Shown piece after piece: positions 16,214 through 25,703 of a DNA stretch of 26,110 nucleotides. The position numbers and the translations under genes are program-made. This stretch comes from a virus (Duplodnaviria; Caudoviricetes), in IMG/VR virus record IMGVR_UViG_3300023241_000014, positions 1 to 26,110 of that record; one strand, written 5' to 3'. Numbering within the stretch: the first letter of the stretch is position 1; the number at the start of each line of letters is the position of its first letter. A model generated the notes under the pieces. That model was not told where the DNA came from and searched no databases. It saw only the letters and a program-made list of their open reading frames with translations.

Positions 16214-17035
16214 CTATATATCCAGTTTGATCTGTAATTTATCCGCAAAGTAATCAACAACACTTTTTTTGCTTATCCACCAATTAAATACATCTTCGGC
16301 ATCGTTAAACTCTAAATAATACCTTCCAATATCCATCGTGCGCTGAATTGCTTTGATGATATTCCTTTTTATTATTGGATAGGTATTAAACGCTCTGGCA
16401 ATGTCTTTCTTGCGAGATTCAGGGCAACCTATACATCCTATTCGCTCCCAACCCCGATCATATAGCTCACAATATGGAAGTTTCTCAGCCTTGATATAAT
16501 CCCAGACATCCTTGTCTGTCCACTCAAATATGATATGGATAACGTATTTTGCTTTCTGCTTTGCTACCAATTCTTCGAGAATTTCATCTGGCACGTTTTT
16601 CCCTTTGTATTTTTTCTTATAGTATTTATTTAGAAAGTATTCTTTTTTAACCCTTCGTGATCGTTTAAGGCTTTCCGCTGATCTTATCCCATCGATCATT
16701 AATCTTCCGAAGCCACCGTACTCTTTCAATACCTCACAGCACCATTTCATTTGCCTCAATGGCAATCCCTTTAGCCTGATCAACTGGTAATAATTGGTTG
16801 GTTTGCCTTTGTAAATTGGATAATGCCAGATCACTTTTGGATAATGCTTTTTCAGATGACGAAGCGCCTCTGGGGGATCAATTGTTGTTACGTTGTAATG
16901 GGCATCAAACTTAACTCCGCTTTTTTCTAACAGATCATAACAAATCATACTGTCCTTTCCCCCTGCGGAGATGGCGAGGTAATACCCCTCTTCTGGCTCG
17001 TATTCTCTTAGTATCTCGATAGCCTCTGAGATCAT
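16214..17035 (-). CDS. PAPS-reductase-family protein
   Basis: GYYLAISAGGKDS, TTIDPPE, WCCEVLKE, GIRSAES, RIGCIGCP; ATG 17035 overlaps the lysozyme stop. Confidence 0.9.
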   Translation of the reverse strand: MISEAIEILREYEPEEGYYLAISAGGKDSMICYDLLEKSGVKFDAHYNVTTIDPPEALRHLKKHYPKVIWHYPIYKGKPTNYYQLIRLKGLPLRQMKWCCEVLKEYGGFGRLMIDGIRSAESLKRSRRVKKEYFLNKYYKKKYKGKNVPDEILEELVAKQKAKYVIHIIFEWTDKDVWDYIKAEKLPYCELYDRGWERIGCIGCPESRKKDIARAFNTYPIIKRNIIKAIQRTMDIGRYYLEFNDAEDVFNWWISKKSVVDYFADKLQIKLDI

Positions 17036-17529
17036 CCCGCACAACTTCTAAGCAAGTCCGCATTTGACGAAGCCCTGTTTTTAGAGAACTTATCCCTGCC
17101 ATATATGCTGTCCAGGCACTCGTCAGCGACCCCATTCCAGTTATCTCTAAGAATTGCCTTGAACATCTTGGCAAACTTAGCCAGAGCACCTCCGCCCATA
17201 TTGTACGCCATGTCAACTAAGGCAATTTTGGCGTTATCTGGAATATCTGAAAGGAGCAGGGAGCATTGTCTCTCTAAAATTCCACCTACAATCAGCTTAC
17301 AGGCATCAAATTTGCTATCAAATAGAAAACTCGCTATACCCATCGAGTCAAAGAGATGAGAGAATATAAACTCCCTTTCCTTCGTGATGAACGGGATAGT
17401 TAGATTCGTTCCATATCCAAACGATGGGATGTTTTTCTGATCAAGATATGTTTGCAGAACCAACCCTTCCTGAACTTTAATTCTCCGAGTGCATTTGACT
17501 TCCCAATTTGCTCTTTCAGATTCTTTCAT
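17032..17529 (-). CDS. T4-like (GH24) lysozyme / endolysin
   Basis: EGLVLQTYLDQKNIPSFGYG (E-x8-D-x5-S); ALVDMAYNMG; KF.KM..A; ATG 17529 with GGAGG RBS. Confidence 0.88.
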   Translation of the reverse strand: MKESERANWEVKCTRRIKVQEGLVLQTYLDQKNIPSFGYGTNLTIPFITKEREFIFSHLFDSMGIASFLFDSKFDACKLIVGGILERQCSLLLSDIPDNAKIALVDMAYNMGGGALAKFAKMFKAILRDNWNGVADECLDSIYGRDKFSKNRASSNADLLRSCAG

Positions 17530-18233
17530 TTTTCCTCCATGTTTTCTAATTTCATCAGAAACTCGCATCCCATACAGAACAGCTTATTGCCCCTGATAGT
17601 GGGCAACCCGTATCTAAGTCTGAATACGGGTCGTGATATAAAGTAATTTTTGATCACTGGAACAAAGTTAAACCTCTTTGTGAGAGTATTAAACCTTGAT
17701 ATATTCATGCCAACCATGTAAGTATTCTTGACCTTCCACAGCCTTCTTTCCTCCTCTCCAGACAGTGATAACAGCCACAGTGGGAGTAAATGCACGAAGG
17801 GGATATACCTGAGAAATGTTTTCAAATTCTGCTGGTGTCCGGCAAACGCCGAGTGTTTCGGTGGAAACGTAATGTAGAGATAACCGCCATTGTTTAACAA
17901 ACACCTTATATTATGAAACGCCATCCACTTAACATGAATATGCTCAATGGTATCACGCATTATTATCAGGTCATACCCCTTTCCGGCTGACAACGGTATC
18001 GCCCTGGTCATTCCTGTAATGTCGCCGATCATTACAAAGTCACCCTCTATCAGCTTTTCGTTTATCTCCAGCCCCTCACATTCAATTCCATGACTGCGAA
18101 AATTACCTACTACCCCGCCTTCCCCGCAACCCACAACCAGCACGGTCAAATCATCGAGATTCTTAATGTGTTGCTTTAAGTAGGGATACAGGTATTTGTG
18201 TGAAAACATTACCTGCTCGTTATGGCGACTCAT
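17526..18233 (-). CDS. class I SAM-dependent methyltransferase (non-DNA type)
   Basis: VLVVGCGEGG, GLEI, YDLII..DTIEHI, LNNGGYLYITFPP; ATG 18233 follows GGAGG. Confidence 0.88.
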   Translation of the reverse strand: MSRHNEQVMFSHKYLYPYLKQHIKNLDDLTVLVVGCGEGGVVGNFRSHGIECEGLEINEKLIEGDFVMIGDITGMTRAIPLSAGKGYDLIIMRDTIEHIHVKWMAFHNIRCLLNNGGYLYITFPPKHSAFAGHQQNLKTFLRYIPFVHLLPLWLLSLSGEEERRLWKVKNTYMVGMNISRFNTLTKRFNFVPVIKNYFISRPVFRLRYGLPTIRGNKLFCMGCEFLMKLENMEEK

Positions 18234-18412
18234 GTTCACTTTCTGCCTCCCTGTCGGAAATTTTATCAAAGGCTTCGTCTCTACTATTAGCTTCAACTGG
18301 CTCAAAATATTTTTTTAACAAATGGAGAAGCTTGATCAATTAATGACCTTCCATTCCACACTCTTTTAACGATTAACTCGCCATTTACGTGAATATAGCC
18401 ATCCCATTTCAT
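18220..18412 (-). CDS. small hypothetical protein split by a 1-nt frameshift in an A7 run
   Basis: MKWDGYIHVNGELIVKRVWNGRSLIDQASPFVKK, then YFEPVEANSRDEAFDKISDREAESEHESP in the next frame. Confidence 0.55.
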
Positions 18413-19230
18413 TTCAACCTCCTATTTATCTTATCTATCGCTTCCCACATATCGCTTAGCTCGTCTAAGATAGCGTCAATATCATCATCACGGTAATTAT
18501 ACGGAGTTGGATATTCTGTTGTTCCCTGTGCTGTAGGGGGAAGCATTTCAAGTTTACCAAATACACATAATGAGTCAGCTATAATCTCGTCAAGTGTATA
18601 TACAGTATCAATAGTCACCTTCTCTGGATTTAGCTGTCTCTTTTTCCATTCCATAAACCGTTCCCATTCAGGGTCAACTATCGGCATGTTAAATTTCATT
18701 CCGTATAGTTGCTTCCATTCCCAAAATTCATCTTTAGGATATATTGGCAAATTCTGTATGTTTGGGTTATGTTTAGGTTGCTCAAATATCTCATTCTCAA
18801 CCGCTTGCTCCAACACCTCAATCTTCTGCTCCAATGTCTCTATCCGTGCATCTAACGTCTCAATCTGCTTGAACAGTTTATAATACTGGATAATTTCGTC
18901 TATTTCGGAATTAGACTCCTGATTAGACGGTTTCTCGTACAGCAACCCATCTATCGTCAAGGATTCATCTTCTATGTTAAAATCTATTTCATATTCTCCA
19001 AAGTGACAGACATAATTTGTATAATCTACAGGCAAAAAATCAAAATAATTGCTCACAGCACCTATGCTATAACTAAGCGTGTCGAGTAGGGTGCTATCAA
19101 CCTCGACCGCCTCATACTTGAAATCGCTATAACCCTCAGTGCCAACTATCGTGTCAATCGCAGTTACCTCATAGCTTCCACTCAGCATCAACGTAGCCAA
19201 CATCAGGATAATAAATATAGTCTTTTTCAT
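18409..19230 (-). CDS. acidic exported protein with a signal peptide and short coiled coils
   Basis: MKKTIFIILMLATLMLSG N-terminus; IETLDARIETLEQKIEVLEQ. Confidence 0.75.
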   Translation of the reverse strand: MKKTIFIILMLATLMLSGSYEVTAIDTIVGTEGYSDFKYEAVEVDSTLLDTLSYSIGAVSNYFDFLPVDYTNYVCHFGEYEIDFNIEDESLTIDGLLYEKPSNQESNSEIDEIIQYYKLFKQIETLDARIETLEQKIEVLEQAVENEIFEQPKHNPNIQNLPIYPKDEFWEWKQLYGMKFNMPIVDPEWERFMEWKKRQLNPEKVTIDTVYTLDEIIADSLCVFGKLEMLPPTAQGTTEYPTPYNYRDDDIDAILDELSDMWEAIDKINRRLK

Positions 19231-19631
19231 ACCACCACCTTCTCTACATTTGTCATGCGGTTGTTATCCCAAATAATAAAAACTCTTTCTGCAAAAGAAA
19301 CAAAGCATCTTTTAAATTTATCAATATGATAACCGAGAGTTCCATGTAGTAATGCCACTGTCCCCCTCCTGACCACAGTTACACCGTATCCATTAAATTC
19401 AAACTTATCCCCAACCTTAACCTCGCTCCCCTCTGCGCAGTTATCAAATTGTACCTTTGTCAGTTTTACGTTTTGAGTGTCAATTTTCTCTGATAATATA
19501 TTAATATTCTGATTAAGGTAATTAAATCTTTTCTCCGCTACATCAACTCGATGATGAAGTATTGCTATGTAAACCACCAATGCAATAATAACCATTATCG
19601 TAAGTACCTGTTTAAGTTTCATCTTCCACAC
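19227..19631 (-). CDS. membrane-anchored hypothetical protein
   Basis: AGGAGGT RBS; one N-terminal hydrophobic helix followed by a coiled coil. Confidence 0.7.
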   Translation of the reverse strand: MWKMKLKQVLTIMVIIALVVYIAILHHRVDVAEKRFNYLNQNINILSEKIDTQNVKLTKVQFDNCAEGSEVKVGDKFEFNGYGVTVVRRGTVALLHGTLGYHIDKFKRCFVSFAERVFIIWDNNRMTNVEKVVV

Positions 19632-19644
19632 CTCCTAATATCGA

Positions 19645-19679
19645 AAACAAATTAATAATTTAATGGAATATAAGTCAAG
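19645..19679 (-). promoter_or_regulatory. leftward promoter of the 19631-15557 operon
   Basis: TTGACT on the minus strand (~19678-19673) followed by an AT-rich -10 region. Confidence 0.5.
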
Positions 19680-19841
19680 ATAAAAGTTTAAATAAGTTTT
19701 CCTTTTATTTATAATAAGTATTAAAGAAAGACTATATAAATACAAAGTAGTAGTAATAATTATATTAAGAGCAAAACCCGTTCCAAACAAAAATAATGCT
19801 TGTAACATATATAAATTGCTATATTTACAAATGTAATCTCC

Positions 19842-19883
19842 TGCGAATAACTTTGTGGATAACTTGTGGATAAGTGTGGATAA
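19842..19883. promoter_or_regulatory. tandem DnaA boxes
   Basis: TGTGGATAA at 19854, 19865 and 19875 (perfect) and TGCGAATAA at 19842. Confidence 0.75.
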
Positions 19884-19964
19884 CTTTTTTTATGACAAAA
19901 AAATAGGTTGACAAATAACTATATTATGACGATTTTTTTATTTGTAAAGGCAAAGGGGGTATCA

Positions 19965-20897
19965 ATGGACATAAAGGCGGAATTTAAACGTAGCTTTTAT
20001 GCTATGCTAAAAGGAAAGTATAAACAGGAGCTACTCAACCTCTCAGACGGAGATAAAGTCAGCAGGTATAATGGCAGGAAATTCAATTCACTTACTATCT
20101 ACGCCGGGCTTCTATTTGTGATTAAGGACGAGGAGCTATATGATTATATCAACCGCCTTGTAGAAGAAGGTATAAGCACCAAAGAAGAAATTGCCGAATC
20201 CTTTAAAATAGCAAATCTCAATGTAATGAATTATCGTGTTAAGATAATGCCTCCGAGGTTTAGATATAAGTATTTACGATTATTGGTCAATATTAAAGAT
20301 ACCTATCCGGAAGTTAAAGAATACGAATTGATCGTTGAGGAAATTGACCCCGAAACTAAATTAAAAATAGATGTAGGTTATGCCCAACTCGTAAAGGATT
20401 TAAGCGGAATAGGATTAGATAAACAGCAGATATGTGAATCCCTTGAAATTAATCCATCCTCATTTGAGAAATATCCTTTACTGGATAAGAAATTTAGAGA
20501 GGGGCGTCATAAAAAAGAGATCAAGGTAGTTGAGGGAATAGTAAATGACATTTTTGAACAAGTTATAAATACCAATTTCTTTGGTAATGAGTTACTTCCG
20601 GCACTAAAGCAAGCCTCTCTCGGTAGAAAAATTCAGCTAACAAAAACAATCCAGATTAATGCTAAAACGGTTAAAACCGAAATCCTTGAACGATATATCA
20701 AACCCGATAAAGATGCTGTAAGATTAATGCTTCAACTGGCTGGAGCAGGCTTTCTGGAAGATTTCAGCTTAGACTCAAGGGACGTCAATGCTCTGGAGAA
20801 TATACCCGTGCTGGGGTTGGAGTCATTTAACCCAGATGGATCCGCCAAACCTCTTGAAATAACAAAATACACCGATGTGGAGGTTATAGGTGAGTAA
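19965..20897 (+). CDS. putative terminase small subunit with an N-terminal extension
   Basis: directly upstream of terL; HTH GLDKQQICESLEINPSSFEKY...FREGR and YIKPD motif; ATG 19965 follows AAGGGGG (TTG 19908 is more likely the -35 box). Confidence 0.6.
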   Translation: MDIKAEFKRSFYAMLKGKYKQELLNLSDGDKVSRYNGRKFNSLTIYAGLLFVIKDEELYDYINRLVEEGISTKEEIAESFKIANLNVMNYRVKIMPPRFRYKYLRLLVNIKDTYPEVKEYELIVEEIDPETKLKIDVGYAQLVKDLSGIGLDKQQICESLEINPSSFEKYPLLDKKFREGRHKKEIKVVEGIVNDIFEQVINTNFFGNELLPALKQASLGRKIQLTKTIQINAKTVKTEILERYIKPDKDAVRLMLQLAGAGFLEDFSLDSRDVNALENIPVLGLESFNPDGSAKPLEITKYTDVEVIGE

Positions 20898-22671
20898 TCA
20901 GGTACAAACCGGTTTAGAGTATTTACCAGTACAATTTGATGAATACATAAAGGTTTTTAAGCCCTGGAGAACTAATGATATATTAGCAAAGTCAGCAATA
21001 ACCAGTCGTGCTCAGTATGAGGCTATATTAAAAAATGCCAATACGATAGTTGCTTCCGAGATAGAAGCCATGTTCGACCTGACAGAGGCTTATCCGGCAA
21101 AATTCTATGTTCCTACGGGTGATAATGAAAGAATCATCAGGAACTTTGCTCATTGCCTGGATAAAGGTAATATCATTGCCGTGCCCTCTTCTTTTTCGGC
21201 AAACGGTATCGGGAAAACCTATTTATCGGTTTTAATAGCAGTTAATTTGCTTTATGGGATCGCTTCTCCCTGGTTCAATTTTGGATTATTCAGGAAATTC
21301 CCATTTAAGGAAAAGACTATCTGGTACTGCTCACAAAGCTCTGCATTAAAAAAGGGTGAGTTGATCGAGAAAACCTTTAAATATTTCCTGAAGGGGTATG
21401 AGAACTGGAATTTCAACTACGATGGCAGGAAGTTGGCGAGCTTAAATACTGGTGATGAAAATGACTGGTCATTAATATACAAATCTTATGATCAGGATAT
21501 AAAGCAGTTCGAGTCCACAAATGTCTCAGTAGCAATATTAGATGAACCCCCTTATGACGCTCAGTGGAAAGCGATAAAGGGTAGGGGTCGTGATGGTTTG
21601 ATAATGTTTTTGAATTTTACACCAATCTATTGCCCCGCATACACAATGGACGAAATCGAGAAAGCGATCAGGGAAGGACGACCCGGCTATTCCAAAGTTA
21701 CGGCAACCATTTATGGAACTTCCAAGGATAATGAGCTCGGAAAACGGGGCTTTAGACCACAGGAAGAGATTGAGGAAACGGTCAGGACTTATTCTGAGGA
21801 TGAAAAAGAAGCCAGAGAGAAAGGGATACCCACCCATTATCATGGCATGGTTTACAAACAATATGATGAGAAAGAACACCTTGTAAAGGTGGATAAAGAG
21901 ATATTTAAAGCATATTTGGCAGGCGAAAAGTTCTGGTTTATGCCGGATAAGAATGCTATTTATATCCATGTCATTGACCCTCATGATTCCAGACCAGACG
22001 CTATGATCTGGGCGTTTGTAAACCCGAATGGCAGATATGGAATTATGGCAAGTTACCCCTTTGATAATGATAAGAATTACTGGGAATTTAATAAATCACC
22101 ATCCGAGAACGAGATATTTGAAGGGATTATCCAAAGAGAATATGAATTATCATCATACCTCGGCATGGAAGATCAATTACCTGTAGCCAGGAGAATACTT
22201 GATAAAAGGTTTTGTGTCCAGAGCAGGGGAAAGAAAAAGATATGGGATAGTTACAGAGAATTAGGTAATGAATACAGGCTTAGTGGTGAATGGGTAAAGT
22301 CGTATAGTGCTGCTGGCTCGCAACAGTCAGAAATTTTATATGGTCATAAATTAGTTGAAAAACTTATGACTACTATCCTTCCAGATAAACATTCTAAATT
22401 TGTGATCTGGGATTGGGATTTAAGTTATCACATAAAGAATGGCATGAGAAATTATTCTTACAAAATGAAATGGGGTGAAGCTACTACTATGACGGGAATG
22501 CTTGAGCCAAGATATAAGGATTTTGGTGACCTGACAAGGTATCTGGCAGGCGATAGGCAAAACATTGAAACAATGATCAGGGAAATAGAAGAGGAGAACG
22601 CAATGCAGAAGAAACGAAGGGGTCGTGAGAAGAAAAAGAAAGACCTGATTGCGGGGCTGGGTGAATATTAA
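20890..22671 (+). CDS. terL: terminase large subunit
   Basis: Walker A SANGIGKT, Walker B AILDEPP, coupling motif NFTP, nuclease VIDPHD, C-terminal KDFGDLTRY. Confidence 0.88.
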   Translation: MSNQVQTGLEYLPVQFDEYIKVFKPWRTNDILAKSAITSRAQYEAILKNANTIVASEIEAMFDLTEAYPAKFYVPTGDNERIIRNFAHCLDKGNIIAVPSSFSANGIGKTYLSVLIAVNLLYGIASPWFNFGLFRKFPFKEKTIWYCSQSSALKKGELIEKTFKYFLKGYENWNFNYDGRKLASLNTGDENDWSLIYKSYDQDIKQFESTNVSVAILDEPPYDAQWKAIKGRGRDGLIMFLNFTPIYCPAYTMDEIEKAIREGRPGYSKVTATIYGTSKDNELGKRGFRPQEEIEETVRTYSEDEKEAREKGIPTHYHGMVYKQYDEKEHLVKVDKEIFKAYLAGEKFWFMPDKNAIYIHVIDPHDSRPDAMIWAFVNPNGRYGIMASYPFDNDKNYWEFNKSPSENEIFEGIIQREYELSSYLGMEDQLPVARRILDKRFCVQSRGKKKIWDSYRELGNEYRLSGEWVKSYSAAGSQQSEILYGHKLVEKLMTTILPDKHSKFVIWDWDLSYHIKNGMRNYSYKMKWGEATTMTGMLEPRYKDFGDLTRYLAGDRQNIETMIREIEEENAMQKKRRGREKKKKDLIAGLGEY

Positions 22672-22723
22672 CTTGACAAAATTAACTATATTCCTCCGTT
22701 TTTGCATCAGCTAAGGAGTAACA

Positions 22724-24625
22724 GTGATAACAAGAGAAATTCGAGAATATTTAACCAAAAAAGAACGCCAGAGCTTTGATGCAGTAAAACTTTGTCAGGA
22801 TTTCACTGATTTTGTCAGCTACCGTGATGAAACAAACGCCGATGCAATGATGGATGTTGGGATCAGATGTTGGAAGGAAAGGCTTGAACACGGTGTGTTT
22901 GGTAATATTCAATCTGAGCAGGCATGGGTGAATGTTACCTGGGAAAAAATAGATAAGAAAATCTCACGATTACTCGCAACAAGGGTAGATGTTACCTTAG
23001 AGAACAGGCTTAAACGATTTATAGTTGCTCAGGATATTTTAGAAAAAAATGTTAATTTCGCTATAGAATTTTTTGATATGCTTAGAAGTTGTGACTACAG
23101 CGTGATGCACAAAGCATTTCTCGGCTTCGGAGTTGTTAAATATGAGTGGGATAAGTATGAGGAAAGAGATGGCTGGAAAACTGGTATCCCAAAGGTAAGA
23201 ACCGTTGACCCACGTTGTTTTTTACTGCCTCCCAATTGCTCTGATAAATATTTAAAAGACGCTGATAAATTCTTTGAGATTAAGACTTATGAAAAAACCA
23301 AATTCTTTGAAAAGCTACGATCAGGGGCTATTCCGATAAAGGGAGATGTAGAAAAAGTTATTAAAATGATTGAATCTGGAAAGTCTTATTTGCGAGGCGT
23401 AGCAAGAAAGGGCTGGACTTATAATACCAGCACAAATTACGTAGAGGTTGTTATTTGCCAGTATTTAAGACCACATTATACCAAAACCAGAAAATTAGAG
23501 TCTGTATTTAATGATGGTGTAAGTTATGATGTGCTTGATAGTGATCTTAGAAAAGAAGTTGGTGAAGAGAAGATGTCAAAGGTTGAGGATTTTGATGACA
23601 GGGAGTCCCTTCCAGAGGGGATGGCTGTCACTAAACCTGAGATGATTAGATATAATGCCTGGTATGAAACCATTTTATTGCCGTCGTATGATACCGAAAT
23701 ATCTCCCCCTCGGTGTATTGGTGATAAATCAACTTATTGCTTAATGCCTGGGGTTCCTAACCCCGACAGCAGCTATCCGATCAGTGATGCCTTCCGTCAG
23801 GCGGAATCTCAACATATATTAAATTCTACTTTATCCATGCACTTAGTTGCTGCATTGAGAAAACTGAAATCATTACCCTATGTAGTTAAAAGCGGTATAG
23901 ATAACTGGGTAGATTTTAAAGATGGTTACCCCGATGAAGATACGGTGGTTGTAATTAATAAAGAATTTATTGAGACTCCTGGAAAACTTGAGAAGCCGGT
24001 TGGTTTTATAACCCCTCCGGGTTCAAGTCCGGATCTGCAAAACATTATCGGACTACTGGAGTCATGGATTGCCGAAAGTACCTCTTCTACCCCGATTCAG
24101 GATGGATTTGCGCAGGGTAGCCACCAGTCGGGCAGGGCTCTTAATATATTAACTGCTAATAATATCAATAGTTCTAAATCAGACTTTAACCCTTATTTAT
24201 TTTTATTAACTAACTTATTTACATTAGCCAAGGACTCTATTGCTGAATATAAAAATTATGTATATTTAGAAGAATATTTTGGTGTAGAATTTCTGGTAAA
24301 CGAAACATTGGATACGAGCATGATAGCAGCAGCACCAAATTGTTATGTAAAGATTGTGGATGAGGCTGGAAATGAAGAATTGAAAGCACAGAGAGCAGAG
24401 AAATATGAAAGATTATTAGATAAAGGATATGTACCAATTGAGATTGCTCTTCAAAAAATGGATTTAGATGACCCGGAAAAGGTTCTTGATTTAAAAAGCA
24501 AGCAAGATCGGGTTTATGCCTTAGCAAAAGAGCTTGAGGATAGACCTGATTTATTTGATAAATTATATGAGATGGTGCAAAATGAACTTGCCCGTGAAAA
24601 TAATGAAAAAACTCTCACTGCGTAA
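22724..24625 (+). CDS. portal protein
   Basis: 633 aa between terL and scaffold; GFGVVK.EW, VDPRCF, SGRALNIL motifs resemble P22/podovirus-type portals. Confidence 0.8.
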   Translation: MITREIREYLTKKERQSFDAVKLCQDFTDFVSYRDETNADAMMDVGIRCWKERLEHGVFGNIQSEQAWVNVTWEKIDKKISRLLATRVDVTLENRLKRFIVAQDILEKNVNFAIEFFDMLRSCDYSVMHKAFLGFGVVKYEWDKYEERDGWKTGIPKVRTVDPRCFLLPPNCSDKYLKDADKFFEIKTYEKTKFFEKLRSGAIPIKGDVEKVIKMIESGKSYLRGVARKGWTYNTSTNYVEVVICQYLRPHYTKTRKLESVFNDGVSYDVLDSDLRKEVGEEKMSKVEDFDDRESLPEGMAVTKPEMIRYNAWYETILLPSYDTEISPPRCIGDKSTYCLMPGVPNPDSSYPISDAFRQAESQHILNSTLSMHLVAALRKLKSLPYVVKSGIDNWVDFKDGYPDEDTVVVINKEFIETPGKLEKPVGFITPPGSSPDLQNIIGLLESWIAESTSSTPIQDGFAQGSHQSGRALNILTANNINSSKSDFNPYLFLLTNLFTLAKDSIAEYKNYVYLEEYFGVEFLVNETLDTSMIAAAPNCYVKIVDEAGNEELKAQRAEKYERLLDKGYVPIEIALQKMDLDDPEKVLDLKSKQDRVYALAKELEDRPDLFDKLYEMVQNELARENNEKTLTA

Positions 24626-24681
24626 GCACAGAGAATATAAAAAAGCGAGCCTCACTGCAACGCAAAGGCTACGGAGGATTT

Positions 24682-25653
24682 ATGTTTAACTACGTACCCA
24701 AAAATCACTTGATGGACAAGGTGGAAGACGGAGCTCCCGGCGGAGGCGAAGAAAAAAAGCCCGTTGAGCTTGAAGTAAACCACGAAGGTAAGGACTATAA
24801 GGTTCTTGTCAGTCCACCTAAACCAGGAGAGAAAGTAGCTCCAGCACAGTTTGTGGATGGAGAACCAGAAGAAGCGCTGAAAAACCCTGATTTTTACACC
24901 AAGTTTAACAAATCGCTTTACAACACTATTGTCAAAACCCAGGACGAAGCACGTAAGACAAATGAGCAAAAGAAGATTGACCGGGAAAAGGCTGAAAAGC
25001 CACCAGTTGACGAAGGTAATAAAGCTATTATGGATAGCATTGAAAAGATGAACCTCAGACTCGATGCACTTGCTGGAGGAAATCGACCACCCGTCGATAA
25101 ACAACCAGAAAAGAAGAGTACGAAGGATTATCTTATCGAATCTGCCGGAGTCAAGACCTGGGACGAGTATCTTGCCTTAGAAGATGAGGAAAAGTCTCTT
25201 GCTCAGATGAATGCGACCTCCGCAATGGCGGAATCACGGGTGGACGCTAAACTGTCAAAATACTCTCAAAATGAGCAAAAAATCACACTGGAACGAAAGG
25301 CAGCAGAAAAAGCTATTGTCCAGGGTTACACCTATGACGAAATTAAGCTTTTTGCCTCTGACCTCGGTGTTGATCAAGTGAATGAAAAGATTGTTGATGT
25401 CTTTTTAAAGACCAGCAATTCTAATATCGACAAAGGCCAGGCAGCCAGAAAGGCAAAAGAAGATCGGGATAAAGTCACTGTTATTCGAGACGGCATTGAT
25501 CAGTTTGATATGGATGGTGATCTCGGATTTGTTTTCAAATCTGACGGTGATAAGAACAAAGCTCTCTCTAAGGAAATTTATGACCTTGAGACGAAAGAGA
25601 AGAGTTCTCAAACCATCGACTTATTCCGTGGAGCGAAGTCTAAAAAGAAATAA
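24682..25653 (+). CDS. putative capsid scaffolding protein
   Basis: highly charged, helical; lies between the portal and capsid genes. Confidence 0.6.
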   Translation: MFNYVPKNHLMDKVEDGAPGGGEEKKPVELEVNHEGKDYKVLVSPPKPGEKVAPAQFVDGEPEEALKNPDFYTKFNKSLYNTIVKTQDEARKTNEQKKIDREKAEKPPVDEGNKAIMDSIEKMNLRLDALAGGNRPPVDKQPEKKSTKDYLIESAGVKTWDEYLALEDEEKSLAQMNATSAMAESRVDAKLSKYSQNEQKITLERKAAEKAIVQGYTYDEIKLFASDLGVDQVNEKIVDVFLKTSNSNIDKGQAARKAKEDRDKVTVIRDGIDQFDMDGDLGFVFKSDGDKNKALSKEIYDLETKEKSSQTIDLFRGAKSKKK

Positions 25654-25703
25654 GCTAATTTATTAGCCTCCGCTGGTTGTCGCAAATAAATAGGAGATAG
25701 AAT

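Noticed and set aside
16214-17035. Dnd/Ssp phosphorothioation system or sulfate assimilation (cysH)
   Set aside because: No partner dnd/ssp or cys genes in the window; stand-alone phage members of this family are common.
19908-19964. TTG start for the terS-like gene
   Set aside because: The TTG is part of TTGACA; the RBS supports ATG 19965.
418-25611. Many opposite-strand or overlapping ORFs in the track (e.g. 2822-3289, 13642-13938, 14462-14788, 21538-21984, 24652-25104)
   Set aside because: They lie inside better-supported genes and have no RBS or motif support.
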